NCBI GenBank assembly: GCA_030037545.1
Contig: JASHRF010000105.1
Span: 264-64,263, forward strand
Direction of reading: 5' to 3'
DNA length: 64,000 bases
Source of the DNA: Acidobacteriaceae bacterium
GTDB lineage: Bacteria; Acidobacteriota; Terriglobia; Terriglobales; Acidobacteriaceae
Shown: positions 49,399 to 59,518 of the stretch, one piece after another
Layout of the letters: every line of letters begins with the position of its first letter
Numbering within the stretch: position 1 is the stretch's first letter
Made by a program: the position numbers and the translations under genes
Notes under the pieces: generated by a model
Seen by the model: only the letters and a program-made list of their open reading frames with translations
Told to the model about the DNA's origin: nothing
The model's database searches: none

Positions 49399-51423
49399 AT
49401 GCCCCAGACCGAAATCGAAGCCCCATCCGCATCACTTCCTCAAAACGCTTATCAGCCGCTCAAGCCCGGCGAAACCTACACGCCCATCGTTCATCCAGGA
49501 ATGCATCCGCTCGAGATTACGCTGCGCTCGGTGCTTTGGGGCGTTTTGTTTTGCGTGGTCTTTACCGTGGCCTCAGCTTATTCCACGCTCAAAGTGGGCC
49601 AGGGCATGGAAGCCGCCATCCCCATCTCGATTCTGGCCATCGGCCTGGCGCGCATGTACGCGCGCCGCTCCACGCTGCTGGAGAACGTCATCATCATCGG
49701 CATGGGCGGCGCCTCGGCCGCGGTGGTTGCCGGAGCGGTGTTCACGCTGCCCGCCCTTTACATGCTTCATCTCAGCCCTCATCCCATCGAGACCGTCTTC
49801 ATCTGCCTGGCGGGCGGATGCATGGGCGTGCTCTTCCTCATCCCGCTGCGCCGCTATTTCGTGCGCGAAATGCACGGTGTCTTCCCGTTTCCTGAAGCCA
49901 CTGCCATCACCGAAGTGCTGGTCACCGGCGAGAAAGGCGGTTCGCAGGCCAGGCTGCTGCTCCAGGCCACGACCATCGCCGCGCTCTACGATTTCTTCGT
50001 CACCACTTTTCACGTGTGGCGCGAATATCTCAATCTGCAGTTCATCCCCCTCATGCGCGGCCTCGCCGATCGCGGCCGCATGGTCTTCAGTTTCGACGCC
50101 ATCGGCTTCATCCTGGGCCTTGGCTACGTGATGGGCCTGCGCAGCGCCATGGTCTTCTGCGCCGGCGGCATCCTGTCCAATTTCATGCTCGTGCCGCTGA
50201 TCTGGTTCATCGGCAGCCATCTGAATGCGGCCGTCTACCCGGGCGCCACGCCGGTGGCAAACATGACGGCCGCCGAGATCTACGCCAACTACGTGCGCTT
50301 CATCGGGGTCGGCGCCATCACCGCGGCCGGTATCCTGGGCGTGTTGAAGTCGCTGCGCATCATCGCCGGTTCGTTCAGCATCGCGCTGCACGCCTTTCGT
50401 CCCAGCCACGCCGTGCAACCGGAGCGCACCGACCGTGACGTTCCGGTGATCGCCAGCCTTCTCGGCGTCTTGCTCAGCGCGCTGGCCATCGCCATCTTCT
50501 TCGGGCGTTTTCACGTCTCGTGGGCGGTGCTGGGATGGGGCCTGTTTCTCACCCTCCTGTTTGCGTTCTTCTTCGCCTCTGTGGCCGCCAACGCCATTGC
50601 CACCACAGCCAACAATCCCGCCTCCGGCATGACCATGCTCACCGTCATCATCACCTCGGTGGTGCTGCTCCGGTTTGGGCTCTCCGGGACGACCGGGATG
50701 TTCTTCGTGATGGCGATTGCTGGTATGGTATGCACCGCGCTGTGCGTCTCCGGCCAGTTCATCACCGATCTCAAAGCCGGATACTGGATCGGTTCGACGC
50801 CGGCGGCGCAAGAGAAAGTTAAGTTCATTGGTGTTCTGGCAGCGGCCGCCGCCGCGGGCCTCACCATCGTCATGCTCGCGCACACGTTCCAGTTCGGAGA
50901 AGCCGCGCCCGGCGATCTGCGCCCGGTTCTGGCTGCGCCGCAGGCTTCTATCATGAAGGCGCTGGTGGTGGGCTTCCTCAGCCGTCAGCCGGTCACGTAT
51001 CTTCTCTTCGGCATTGGGGCGGTGATGACGATCGTGATGGAGATGCTGGGCCGGTCGGCGATGGTTTTCGCGCTGGGCATGTACCTGCCGCTCAGTCTAA
51101 CCACGCCCATCCTGACAGGCGGCTTGCTGTCGCACTTCATCCACAAGCGCGCTGAGGCCAACGGCGGCGAGCCGGGCCGGCGCATTCGCGAGCGCGGAGT
51201 GATTCTGGCTTCGGGACTGATGGCCGGCGGAGCGCTGGGCGGCGTCTTCGGAGCGGGGTTGCGCCTGATTCCCGGCTTCCGCGAAAACCTGATTCAGACC
51301 CCATTTTACAACTACGATCCCATCTCGCAGCCGGTCTCAGCGGTGCTTTTTGCTAGCCTTTGCTTGTATGTTTGGTTCGTCGCGCAAAAGCGCACTGCGC
51401 CGGGTCGCGGTTCGGAGGAGTAA
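49399..51423 (+). CDS. OPT-family oligopeptide transporter
   Basis: EITLRS, LKVGQ, FTLPAL, FPEATA, NPASGMT, DLKAGYWIGSTP and LAAPQA. Confidence 0.92.
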   Translation: MPQTEIEAPSASLPQNAYQPLKPGETYTPIVHPGMHPLEITLRSVLWGVLFCVVFTVASAYSTLKVGQGMEAAIPISILAIGLARMYARRSTLLENVIIIGMGGASAAVVAGAVFTLPALYMLHLSPHPIETVFICLAGGCMGVLFLIPLRRYFVREMHGVFPFPEATAITEVLVTGEKGGSQARLLLQATTIAALYDFFVTTFHVWREYLNLQFIPLMRGLADRGRMVFSFDAIGFILGLGYVMGLRSAMVFCAGGILSNFMLVPLIWFIGSHLNAAVYPGATPVANMTAAEIYANYVRFIGVGAITAAGILGVLKSLRIIAGSFSIALHAFRPSHAVQPERTDRDVPVIASLLGVLLSALAIAIFFGRFHVSWAVLGWGLFLTLLFAFFFASVAANAIATTANNPASGMTMLTVIITSVVLLRFGLSGTTGMFFVMAIAGMVCTALCVSGQFITDLKAGYWIGSTPAAQEKVKFIGVLAAAAAAGLTIVMLAHTFQFGEAAPGDLRPVLAAPQASIMKALVVGFLSRQPVTYLLFGIGAVMTIVMEMLGRSAMVFALGMYLPLSLTTPILTGGLLSHFIHKRAEANGGEPGRRIRERGVILASGLMAGGALGGVFGAGLRLIPGFRENLIQTPFYNYDPISQPVSAVLFASLCLYVWFVAQKRTAPGRGSEE

Positions 51424-52760
51424 TGGACGAAGTAGGGAAGCGGGTTGCGGATTCAGTCCTGGGAATCGATACGCTGTGGGGCGGCGACGTGATGTGCCCG
51501 TCCGGAACCGGCCGCTTTATCGCCGATTCCTGGTTTTCCAATGAGCCGCTGCCTGCCGCGTATACGCATCCCGCAGCGGCGCGGGTGCGTGAAAGCGGCG
51601 GAGTGGCGAGCAAGAGCGTCGACCGCGAAGCGGTGGAGGCATACCTGCGCGCCGTCGATCTGCCGAGCGCGATTGGCGGCGTGAAGGACTCAGCGCAGAC
51701 AGGCGGCTTGCGCGGCGCGTACCTGGCCGGCCTGGGCATCTCTCTCGAAGTGATGTGGGACTTGGCGATGGAAGCGCTCGGCAAAGGTGAGCCGGTTCCG
51801 TACGCGCGGGCGGTGGAAGCCTCGACCGCAAAACCGCCGGAGCCGTCTGACCCCGAAGCCAAGCACGAACGTGTGGCCGAGCTGCTGGGCCGCGCCGGAT
51901 TGAAGACTACCGGCGAGGGCGCACTGCTGAACGCGGTGGACGCGTGGCGCCGCGATCGCGTTTCGCCCATGGCGTCGGTTAAATCGCTGGGCGCGGCGGT
52001 AATTGCGCACTTCGACAATTTGAGCGCAAGGAACCTCGTTCCCTACCTGCCGCCGGAGCTCAAGCGTGTGCCGCGAGCCAATATTGAATTCCTGCCCATC
52101 CGGGATGCGTGGTTCTCGGGCTCGATGAACTACCTGGGCCGCGCGCGCACCGCGGACGGCGCCCCGAAGTACGAAGCCAGCTATGAAATCAACGCCTCGC
52201 TGCAGATTTCCTATCCGGAGTTTGAGCAGCTCGTGAGCCACGAAGTAGTTCCCGGCCACGTGACTACATTCGCGTATCTTCAGGACCTGTACGTGCGCGG
52301 CCTGACCGGCTTCGAGGCTACGGTGCTGACCATGAACACGCGCGCAGCCACGCTCTTTGAGGGCATTGCCAACAACGCGATCCTGATCGCTTATGGCGTT
52401 ACGGAGCTGGACCAGCTCCCCGACGATGACCTGCAGATCGGCGTGCTGCTGGCGCTCTTGCAGGACGACGCCAAGAACCAATCTTCGTACATGACCTGGG
52501 GCCAGGGCAGGGAACAGAAGGATGTTGCGACCACGCTGCGCCGCGATTTTCTGGTCACCGAGGAGCGCGCCGACAAGCTCTCGGGCGCGTGGGGCCGGCA
52601 TCCGCTGCTGGGCCGGATGTATCTGCCGGCGTATCGCGCCGGCACGGACAAAGTGGCCGAGCTTCGCCGCCAGCACCCGCCGGAGCGCATCCTGCCCGCG
52701 CTCTACGGCTGCCGTGGGCTTGTGGACATCCAGACCATCGACCAGGTGCTCAAACCATAA
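51423..52760 (+). CDS. Hypothetical cytoplasmic protein with DUF885-like metallopeptidase motifs
   Basis: SHEVVPGH...LQ, TLFEGIA and YRAG; TAATG coupling to OPT; no signal peptide. Confidence 0.7.
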   Translation: MDEVGKRVADSVLGIDTLWGGDVMCPSGTGRFIADSWFSNEPLPAAYTHPAAARVRESGGVASKSVDREAVEAYLRAVDLPSAIGGVKDSAQTGGLRGAYLAGLGISLEVMWDLAMEALGKGEPVPYARAVEASTAKPPEPSDPEAKHERVAELLGRAGLKTTGEGALLNAVDAWRRDRVSPMASVKSLGAAVIAHFDNLSARNLVPYLPPELKRVPRANIEFLPIRDAWFSGSMNYLGRARTADGAPKYEASYEINASLQISYPEFEQLVSHEVVPGHVTTFAYLQDLYVRGLTGFEATVLTMNTRAATLFEGIANNAILIAYGVTELDQLPDDDLQIGVLLALLQDDAKNQSSYMTWGQGREQKDVATTLRRDFLVTEERADKLSGAWGRHPLLGRMYLPAYRAGTDKVAELRRQHPPERILPALYGCRGLVDIQTIDQVLKP

Positions 52761-52846
52761 AGTTGGTCGCAACCTTCACCGCGAAGGATTCTAACTGCCT
52801 GCGGCAAAAGTCGAGATTTTGGAAAAGCCGTTCCTCAGGGGCTAAA

Positions 52847-53208
52847 GTGTCTGCGTGAGAACTCGATTTGCAATCTCATGCAGCATGGTTCCGTCGCCCC
52901 CCCGGGGCTTGAGAAACTTTTTTGCGCCTTTTCCCAGGATTGCGTCCGCCTGACGGCGGACTCCATCCTGGGCTATGGGTGCCTGCATAAGAAATTTCCT
53001 AAAGTGGACCGAAAGACAACCGCAGATCCTTCGACTCCGTTGGCGCAAAAAGCCGCGCCAACTGCGCCCAGGATGACAGGTCCTGGCGGAATCGAGCCAG
53101 GGATGAACGCGGTCATTGCTTTTGCAGGAATCAATAATTTCCCAGCATCCCTCCGGTATGCTTCTCTTGCGCGGTAATCACAGATTTTTCCGGTTCTCAC
53201 GCAGACAC
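52847..53208. mobile_element. Family A MITE (perfect 16-bp TIR, TAAA duplication) with a nested insert
   Basis: taaa-gtgtctgcgtgagaac...gttctcacgcagacac-taaa. Confidence 0.85.
52976..53134. mobile_element. 159-bp nested MITE, family C (TA duplication), carrying a gcagatccttcg...caggatgaca REP
   Basis: Absent from the 48507 copy; ta-tgggtgcctgcataag...cttttgcaggaatcaa-ta. Confidence 0.75.
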
Positions 53209-53311
53209 TAAAGCCCAGTTGATTATTCTGGCTTTATGGCACGACTGAAGCCGTGCCCTTTCAAATCCGGGCTTACACCGCGGGCTGCTGGCCCCGGAGG
53301 AGAGAATTATA

Positions 53312-54829
53312 ATGTCTCGTTTTCGTTTTCTCCTGGTCTTCGTCACGCTGCTGGCCGGTTTCAGCATTCCGGTGTGCACACAACGGGCGCCCGCGCCGGG
53401 CGATCCAGAGCGGGTCATGATTGACGCGCATGCCGCGGGCCATCCGTTCCCGCATTTCTGGGAGCAGATGTTCGGCTCCGGCCGCGCTCGTTTAGCCATG
53501 CGCCAGAGCTATCGCGACGATCTCGAGCGCGTGAAGAAGATCACCGATTTCCAATACGTGCGCTTTCACGCCATTTTCGATGACGAAAACGGCGTCTACA
53601 GCCAGGACGCGCAGGGCAATCCGGTCTACAACTGGTCGTATGTGGACCAGATTTACGATGGCCTGCTCGACAACGGCGTGCGCCCCTATGTCGAAATCAG
53701 CTTCATGCCCAAGGCGCTGGCGGCCCACCTCGACTATCAGTCTTTCTGGTATCGTCCCATCGTGTCGCCGCCCGCCGATTATGCCAAATGGGACGCGCTG
53801 ATCACCGCCTTCGCGCGTCATCTTATCGACCGCTATGGAATCGACGAGGTTGCGCACTGGTACTTCGAAGTCTGGAATGAGCCCAACCTCGATTTCTGGG
53901 CCGGACAGCCGAAGCAGCAGACCTACTTCGATCTCTACGATCACACGGTACGCGCGCTCAAGGGGGTAAGCCCGCGCATTCGCGTGGGCGGCCCGGCAAC
54001 CGCGCAGGCTGCGTGGGTGGGCGACATGATCGCACATGCCACGGAGAATCACGTGCCGCTGGATTTCGTCTCCACGCATGTCTATGGCAACGATTCTACC
54101 GAAAATGTCTTTCACGACAACCGCACTATCGCGCCCTACCAGATGGTGTGCCCGGCAGTCGAAAAAGTTCACCGGGAGATCGAACATTCGGCGCGGCCGA
54201 AGCTTCCGCTCATCTGGAGCGAGTTCAACGCCAGCTACATGAACCAGCAGGAGATCACGGATTCCGTTTTCATGGGCCCTTGGCTGGCGGAGACCATCAG
54301 CCGCTGCGACGGCATGACGAAGATGATGTCGTACTGGAGTTTCTCTGACGTCTTTGAAGAGCAGGGAGTGGTGAAGACGCCTTTCTATGGCGGCTACGGC
54401 CTGGTGGCGGAGGATGGAATTCCCAAGCCGGCCTTCGCCGCCTTCGAGCTGCTCCACGAATTGGGAGACCGGCGCCTGCCTGTGCAGTCCGGCGACGTGC
54501 TGGCCACGCGCCGCCAGGATGGCACGCTGGTGGTCGCCGCCTGGAACTTCGCTCTGCCCGGCGCCGCATACGAACAGAAGACTGTCGAGCTCGACCTCAC
54601 CGGAATCTCCGGCCACGCTCGCGCCTCCGTCCGCTGGGTCGACGCGGCACATGGCGACACCCTCGATGCCTGGAAGCGCATGGGCAGCCCGAAATACCCA
54701 ACCAAGGCGCAAATCGAAGGGTTGCGCAGTGTATCCGGCGCCAGCGCGCCAAATTTGCAGCCGCTTGTGGACGGGCATCTCATCCTCGAGCTTCCGCCCA
54801 TGAGCCTCGCGGTGGTCGAAGTCCGCTGA
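53312..54829 (+). CDS. GH39 beta-xylosidase-like glycoside hydrolase, exported
   Basis: YVRFHAIF, FEVWNEPN, VGGPA, DFVSTHVY, WSEFN and SYWSFSDVFEE. Confidence 0.92.
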   Translation: MSRFRFLLVFVTLLAGFSIPVCTQRAPAPGDPERVMIDAHAAGHPFPHFWEQMFGSGRARLAMRQSYRDDLERVKKITDFQYVRFHAIFDDENGVYSQDAQGNPVYNWSYVDQIYDGLLDNGVRPYVEISFMPKALAAHLDYQSFWYRPIVSPPADYAKWDALITAFARHLIDRYGIDEVAHWYFEVWNEPNLDFWAGQPKQQTYFDLYDHTVRALKGVSPRIRVGGPATAQAAWVGDMIAHATENHVPLDFVSTHVYGNDSTENVFHDNRTIAPYQMVCPAVEKVHREIEHSARPKLPLIWSEFNASYMNQQEITDSVFMGPWLAETISRCDGMTKMMSYWSFSDVFEEQGVVKTPFYGGYGLVAEDGIPKPAFAAFELLHELGDRRLPVQSGDVLATRRQDGTLVVAAWNFALPGAAYEQKTVELDLTGISGHARASVRWVDAAHGDTLDAWKRMGSPKYPTKAQIEGLRSVSGASAPNLQPLVDGHLILELPPMSLAVVEVR

Positions 54830-55089
54830 AATTCCATTCGAAAGTTTTCTGAAGTTTCTGAAATTGGTTGCGCAGCGGTTTCGTCTGGGAAACGTTCATG
54901 AGCAATCCCGAGCCGGCGCAGGCCATGCAACTGGCCGGCATCCGCAATGAAGCATAGCTGGCGCTCGCCATCCGGCGCCCGCTGCGTTTGTATCCGCGAT
55001 CACGAATGGCGTCGATTTGGATCACGTTTCCCATCTCCTCCTGCTTCTCATGCGCCGATTTACACTGGGAAGCGAGGTTCGGCATTTTC

Positions 55090-56406
55090 ATGGACAAATT
55101 CGTGATTCGGGGCGGAAATCCGCTGGTGGGCACCATCCGCGTCTCCGGCGCCAAGAATTCGGCGCTGCCCTGCATGGCCGCGGCCATTCTTACCGAAGAC
55201 GAAGTGATCCTCGAAAACATTCCGCTGGTGCGTGACATCGACACCCAGCGGCGGCTTTTGCAATCGATGGGCGCCGAGGTGGAGCGGCCCGAGTTCAACG
55301 CCCAGCACTCGACCACCATCAGTTGCCGCACTCTTTCCGAGCCCGTGGCCCGCTACGAGATCGTGAAGACCATGCGCGCCAGCTCGCTGGTGCTGGGTCC
55401 GCTGATTGCGCGCACCGGCGCGGCGCGCGTGGCCATGCCCGGCGGCTGCGCTATCGGCGGCCGGCCCATCGATCTGCACCTCAAGGGCCTGGAGAAAATG
55501 GGCGCTGCCATTACCCAGGAGCATGGCTACATTGAAGCGCGCGTCGATGCGCGCGTGGGGCGCCTGCACGGCGCGCACATCGTCTTCGACAAGATCACCG
55601 TCACGGGCACGGAAGATCTGCTGATGGCCGCCGCGCTGGCCGAAGGCGAGACGCTGATGGAGAACTGCGCGCGCGAGCCCGAGGTTTGCGACGTGGCCGC
55701 GCTACTGACCGCCATGGGCGCCGAAATCAGCGGCGCGGGCACGGCGACCATTCATGTTCGCGGAGTAAGCAGCCTGCACGGCGCGCGCTATCGTATCAGC
55801 CCCGATCGCATCGAGGCTGGGACATTTCTGGCGGCCGGCGCCATCACCGACGGCGACCTGATTGTGGCCAACTGCAACACCGCGCACCTGGGCGCGGTGA
55901 TTACCAAGCTCGAAGAGGCCGGCGCGCGCCTGGATTTGCTCGGACCGGACGCAGTGCGCGTTCGCGCTCACGGCAAGCTGCGCGCGGCCGACATCTCCAC
56001 TGAGGAGTATCCCGGTTTCCCCACCGACATGCAGGCGCAGTATATGGCGCTGGCCACGCAGGCCGAGGGCGTGAGCCTGGTGACCGAAAACATCTTCGAG
56101 AACCGCTTCATGCACGTGCAGGAATTGGTGCGCATGGGCGCCAGCATCAAGGTTGACACGAGCACGGCCACGGTGCGCGGTCCGGCACGGCTTTCGGCAG
56201 CCGCCGTCATGTGCTCCGATCTGCGCGCGTCCGCCTCGCTGGTTCTCGCGGCATTGGTGGCCGAGGGCGAATCGGTGGTCGATCGCGTCTACCACATGGA
56301 CCGCGGCTACGAGCGCATCGAGCAGAAGCTAAGCGGCGTGGGCGCGCAGATTCAGCGGCTGGGCAATCTCTTCGCTCCGCGCGAAGCGGAATCGCTGGCC
56401 GGGTGA
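55090..56406 (+). CDS. murA: UDP-N-acetylglucosamine 1-carboxyvinyltransferase
   Basis: [19 protein letters not shown] (Cys retained), [16 protein letters not shown] and DLRA. Confidence 0.97.
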   Translation: MDKFVIRGGNPLVGTIRVSGAKNSALPCMAAAILTEDEVILENIPLVRDIDTQRRLLQSMGAEVERPEFNAQHSTTISCRTLSEPVARYEIVKTMRASSLVLGPLIARTGAARVAMPGGCAIGGRPIDLHLKGLEKMGAAITQEHGYIEARVDARVGRLHGAHIVFDKITVTGTEDLLMAAALAEGETLMENCAREPEVCDVAALLTAMGAEISGAGTATIHVRGVSSLHGARYRISPDRIEAGTFLAAGAITDGDLIVANCNTAHLGAVITKLEEAGARLDLLGPDAVRVRAHGKLRAADISTEEYPGFPTDMQAQYMALATQAEGVSLVTENIFENRFMHVQELVRMGASIKVDTSTATVRGPARLSAAAVMCSDLRASASLVLAALVAEGESVVDRVYHMDRGYERIEQKLSGVGAQIQRLGNLFAPREAESLAG

Positions 56407-56660
56407 CGAAGAGAGGGAACAAGAGAACGAAGGAACAAGGGATACGGAGATGCTCTGCATCGCCGGGTGCGCCATCTTTAGTCATGATCTTCTTTCGACA
56501 AGGGACGAGGCCGCAATGTTCGACCCATGCCGGCACAATTTTCCAGGCCGGATAGAAACGCGGGCGCCGCAACTTTTGCCGCAAGCTGCTGTTGATACTA
56601 ACGTCACATCGAACCAATCCGGAATTCCGGAAAACTCGATCTCAGGAGGACAGGAAAGCT

Positions 56661-56957
56661 GTGAAGAAAATCGCTCTGGCAGTTTTGCTCGCTTTTGCTC
56701 TTGCCCCCGCGGCCTCGATGGCGCAGGTCGGCATCGTGGTCCACATTGCTCCGCCGGCTCCTATCGTGGAGCACTACGGACCGCCTCCGCATCCCGGCTA
56801 TGTTTGGATCGCCGGCTATCACCGCTGGGACGGCCAGCGCTATGTATGGGTCCACGGCTTTTGGCAGCGTCCGCCTCGCCCCGGCGCCGTGTGGGTCGCG
56901 CACCACTGGGCGCACCGCCATGGCGGATGGGTGCTGGTAGAAGGCCACTGGCGGTAA
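56661..56957 (+). CDS. Secreted YXWGXW-repeat protein
   Basis: Signal peptide; YVWIAGYHRW, YVWVHGFW, WVAHHW and WVLVEGHWR; GTG start after AGGA. Confidence 0.85.
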   Translation: MKKIALAVLLAFALAPAASMAQVGIVVHIAPPAPIVEHYGPPPHPGYVWIAGYHRWDGQRYVWVHGFWQRPPRPGAVWVAHHWAHRHGGWVLVEGHWR

Positions 56958-56988
56958 GGCAGAGAACAAGGGAATGAGGAAACAAGAA

Positions 56989-57015
56989 AAACGGCGATGT
57001 ACTGCATCGCCGTTT
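56989..57015 (-). terminator. Intrinsic terminator between convergent genes
   Basis: aaacggcgatg-tactg-catcgccgttt hairpin with a U-run on the minus strand, just after the mrp stop. Confidence 0.65.
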
Positions 57016-57036
57016 CTGCTTATGACCGGGCTCCGT

Positions 57037-57867
57037 TTACTGAATCTCGATCACGTCCTTGGCCGCTGCGGCGGCTGCATCGGCGCGCTCCTTCAGCTTT
57101 TCCGCCACGGCGAAGAACTCCGCTGCCTGCGGGCTCTTGGGGCCGGCCAGCGCGACCGGCAAGCCGCGGTCGCCGCCCTCGCGAATGGCGGGAACCAGCT
57201 CAATCGATCCTAGAAACGGCACGTTGAATTGCTTCGCGGTGCGCTCCGCGCCGCCGCGCGAAAAGATATCGATCTCATGATGACAATGCGGGCAGGTGAA
57301 GTGGCTCATGTTCTCCACGATGCCCAGCACCTCCACGTTGACCTGTCCAAACATCTCCAGCGCCTTGCGCGCGTCTTCCAGGCTCACGTCGCTGGGCGTG
57401 GAAACCACCACCGCGCCGGTGAGCGGGACAGTCTGCACGAGCGAAATCACCACGTCGCCGGTTCCCGGCGGCAGATCGATGACGAGGTACTCCAGTTCGC
57501 CCCAGTCCACTTGTTGTAAGAACTGGCGAATGATCTGGTGCAGCATGGGCCCGCGCATCACCATGGGCTTGTCGCCCGGCGAAATATAGCCGATCGAAAT
57601 GGTCTTGATGCCGTGCGTCACATTGGGCACGATCATGTTGTTGGCTGCCACTTTGGGCTGCTGCGCGGACCCCATCATCAGCGGCACGTTGGGACCGTAA
57701 ACGTCGGCGTCGATCAATCCCACCCTGTGGCCAAGCTTGGAAAGGGCGATGGCCAGATTGACAGCCAAGGTGGTCTTGCCCACCCCGCCTTTTCCTGAAC
57801 CGATGGCGATAATCTTTTGAACGCCCGGCAATGCAACCGGCTGGGGCATGGCATGTGAATGAGCCAT
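57037..57867 (-). CDS. Mrp/NBP35 (ApbC) Fe-S carrier ATPase
   Basis: SGKGGVGKTT, DADVYGPN, RGPM, DLPPGTGD and ENMSHFTCPHC. Confidence 0.94.
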   Translation of the reverse strand: MAHSHAMPQPVALPGVQKIIAIGSGKGGVGKTTLAVNLAIALSKLGHRVGLIDADVYGPNVPLMMGSAQQPKVAANNMIVPNVTHGIKTISIGYISPGDKPMVMRGPMLHQIIRQFLQQVDWGELEYLVIDLPPGTGDVVISLVQTVPLTGAVVVSTPSDVSLEDARKALEMFGQVNVEVLGIVENMSHFTCPHCHHEIDIFSRGGAERTAKQFNVPFLGSIELVPAIREGGDRGLPVALAGPKSPQAAEFFAVAEKLKERADAAAAAAKDVIEIQ

Positions 57868-57894
57868 CAAATCGCTCCTCTTCCACCATCAATT

Positions 57895-58758
57895 TTACAG
57901 GGGCGCAATAATCTCGGCAGGATTGACCTGCGCCTGTGGCGCCAAGCCGGCAACGCGAGACAGAATTGAGTACAGTTGCCGTACGCCCTCAGTCAAGGCC
58001 GCGGGGCCGGGCTGCAAAATGCAACTTGACGGTATCTCGTAAACGTGTCCATTGCGCACTGCCGGTATTGCATTCCAGTGCGGCCGCGAACAGATGGTCT
58101 CCTTCCGCACCTTCTTTCCGCACCATGAGGCAAGAATCACGTCCGGATTTCGGTCAACCACCGATGCCGGATCGAGAACGCGGTCCTGCGCTTTGCCACA
58201 TCCCCGCAGCTCTGGAAACGCCGGCTCGCCGCCGGCAACCTCGATCAGTTCTTCGACCCAGGTGATGCCGCCGATCAACGGCTCGTCCCACTCCTCGAAG
58301 AAAACGCGAGGGCGGCGGGGAAAGGACCTGGCCGACGCGGCAATCCCGTCGAGCCCGTTTTTCAATCGTGCAACCAGCTCCCGGCCCTCTGCCGGTCTGC
58401 CCACGATGCGCGCCAGCACTTCAATCATGTTCAGAATTCCGGCAATATCGCGCTGGTTGAAGTTCAGCACCGTAACGCCGCGCAGCACAAGCTGCCTGGT
58501 AATCTCCGCCTGCACATCGGAAAAGGTCAGCACCAGGTCGGGCTCGAGATCGAGGATCTTCTGGTAGTTGGCGTCTTTGAATGCGGAGACGCGGGGTTTG
58601 CTGCGCGCTTCGTGCGGCCTGCTTGCGTAGGCGGAGACGCCCACGATGCGATCCTGCTCACCGAGCAGATAGAGCGTTTCGGTGGTTTCATCGGTCAGGC
58701 AGACGATGCGCCGCGGAAACTCCGCGGGATGCGCCGGCGAGTGGGGAGGAGTGAGCAT
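57895..58758 (-). CDS. BtuF-like (cobalamin-binding fold) protein without signal peptide
   Basis: RIVCLTDETTETLY, PDLVL, FEEWDEP, ASWCGK and LQPGP. Confidence 0.85.
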   Translation of the reverse strand: MLTPPHSPAHPAEFPRRIVCLTDETTETLYLLGEQDRIVGVSAYASRPHEARSKPRVSAFKDANYQKILDLEPDLVLTFSDVQAEITRQLVLRGVTVLNFNQRDIAGILNMIEVLARIVGRPAEGRELVARLKNGLDGIAASARSFPRRPRVFFEEWDEPLIGGITWVEELIEVAGGEPAFPELRGCGKAQDRVLDPASVVDRNPDVILASWCGKKVRKETICSRPHWNAIPAVRNGHVYEIPSSCILQPGPAALTEGVRQLYSILSRVAGLAPQAQVNPAEIIAPL

Positions 58759-58791
58759 GGCGGTGGTCTTAGACAGAACGTGCGCGCCCTC

Positions 58792-59316
58792 TCAGGCCAG
58801 ACCGCTGGTGGCCAGTTTGGCCTCTTTGCGCCGCGCGTATTCTTTTTCGCGGTGATTGCGGCGGCGCAGCGCGTCTTCATAGCGGCGCGCCTCGTCCGGA
58901 GTTTCCGGTTCAGCGTGTGGAACTCTCAGCCGGTTTCCATGCTCGTCGACGGCGACAAAGACCAGGTAGGCGCTGGCCACGTGCACGGTTTCTCCGGTGC
59001 GAGTGTGCTCGGCCCAGGCCTTGACACCCACTTCCATTGAAGTGTTGAAGGCCCGGTTCACGCTCGACTTCAGCGTCACCAGATCGCCCAGGTGCACGGG
59101 GCGGATGAAATCGATGTGATCCATGGCCGCCGTCACTACGAAGGTGCGCGCGTGCCGGTAGGCTGCCATGGCGCCGGTCAAGTCGATAAAGTGCATCAGC
59201 CGGCCGCCCAGCAAATGGCCCAGGACGTTGGTGTCGTTGGGGAGAATGATCTCGGTCATCTCCGACTGGGTGCTGGCCACGGTGCGCACCGCGGGGTTGG
59301 CTTCCTGCTCGTTCAT
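58792..59316 (-). CDS. Hotdog-fold acyl-CoA thioesterase (YciA-like)
   Basis: PNDTNVLGHLLGG, VVTAAMD and TSMEVGV. Confidence 0.92.
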   Translation of the reverse strand: MNEQEANPAVRTVASTQSEMTEIILPNDTNVLGHLLGGRLMHFIDLTGAMAAYRHARTFVVTAAMDHIDFIRPVHLGDLVTLKSSVNRAFNTSMEVGVKAWAEHTRTGETVHVASAYLVFVAVDEHGNRLRVPHAEPETPDEARRYEDALRRRNHREKEYARRKEAKLATSGLA

Positions 59317-59518
59317 GCCGTTTTGGCTCCATTCAAGGGCCGCTTTTCGCGATTCGCTGCGTCTTTATGCTTTTTCACAGCCGGATCGATACAATGAAGT
59401 TGCGGCAGGCGATCCGGTGGGGGAATCGGCCTTGATCCTGTACCAGTTTCAGCAATCCTGGCCAAATACGCAAATTCTTCCGTGCATGAAGGACCGGCTC
59501 CAGCTTTCCACCAAGATC

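Noticed and set aside
48452-53266. CRISPR array or composite transposon around the OPT operon
   Set aside because: The repeats are not regularly spaced with unique spacers; no cas or transposase genes; each MITE has its own target duplication
55090-56406. Fosfomycin-resistant MurA
   Set aside because: The active-site Cys is retained (PGGCAIG)
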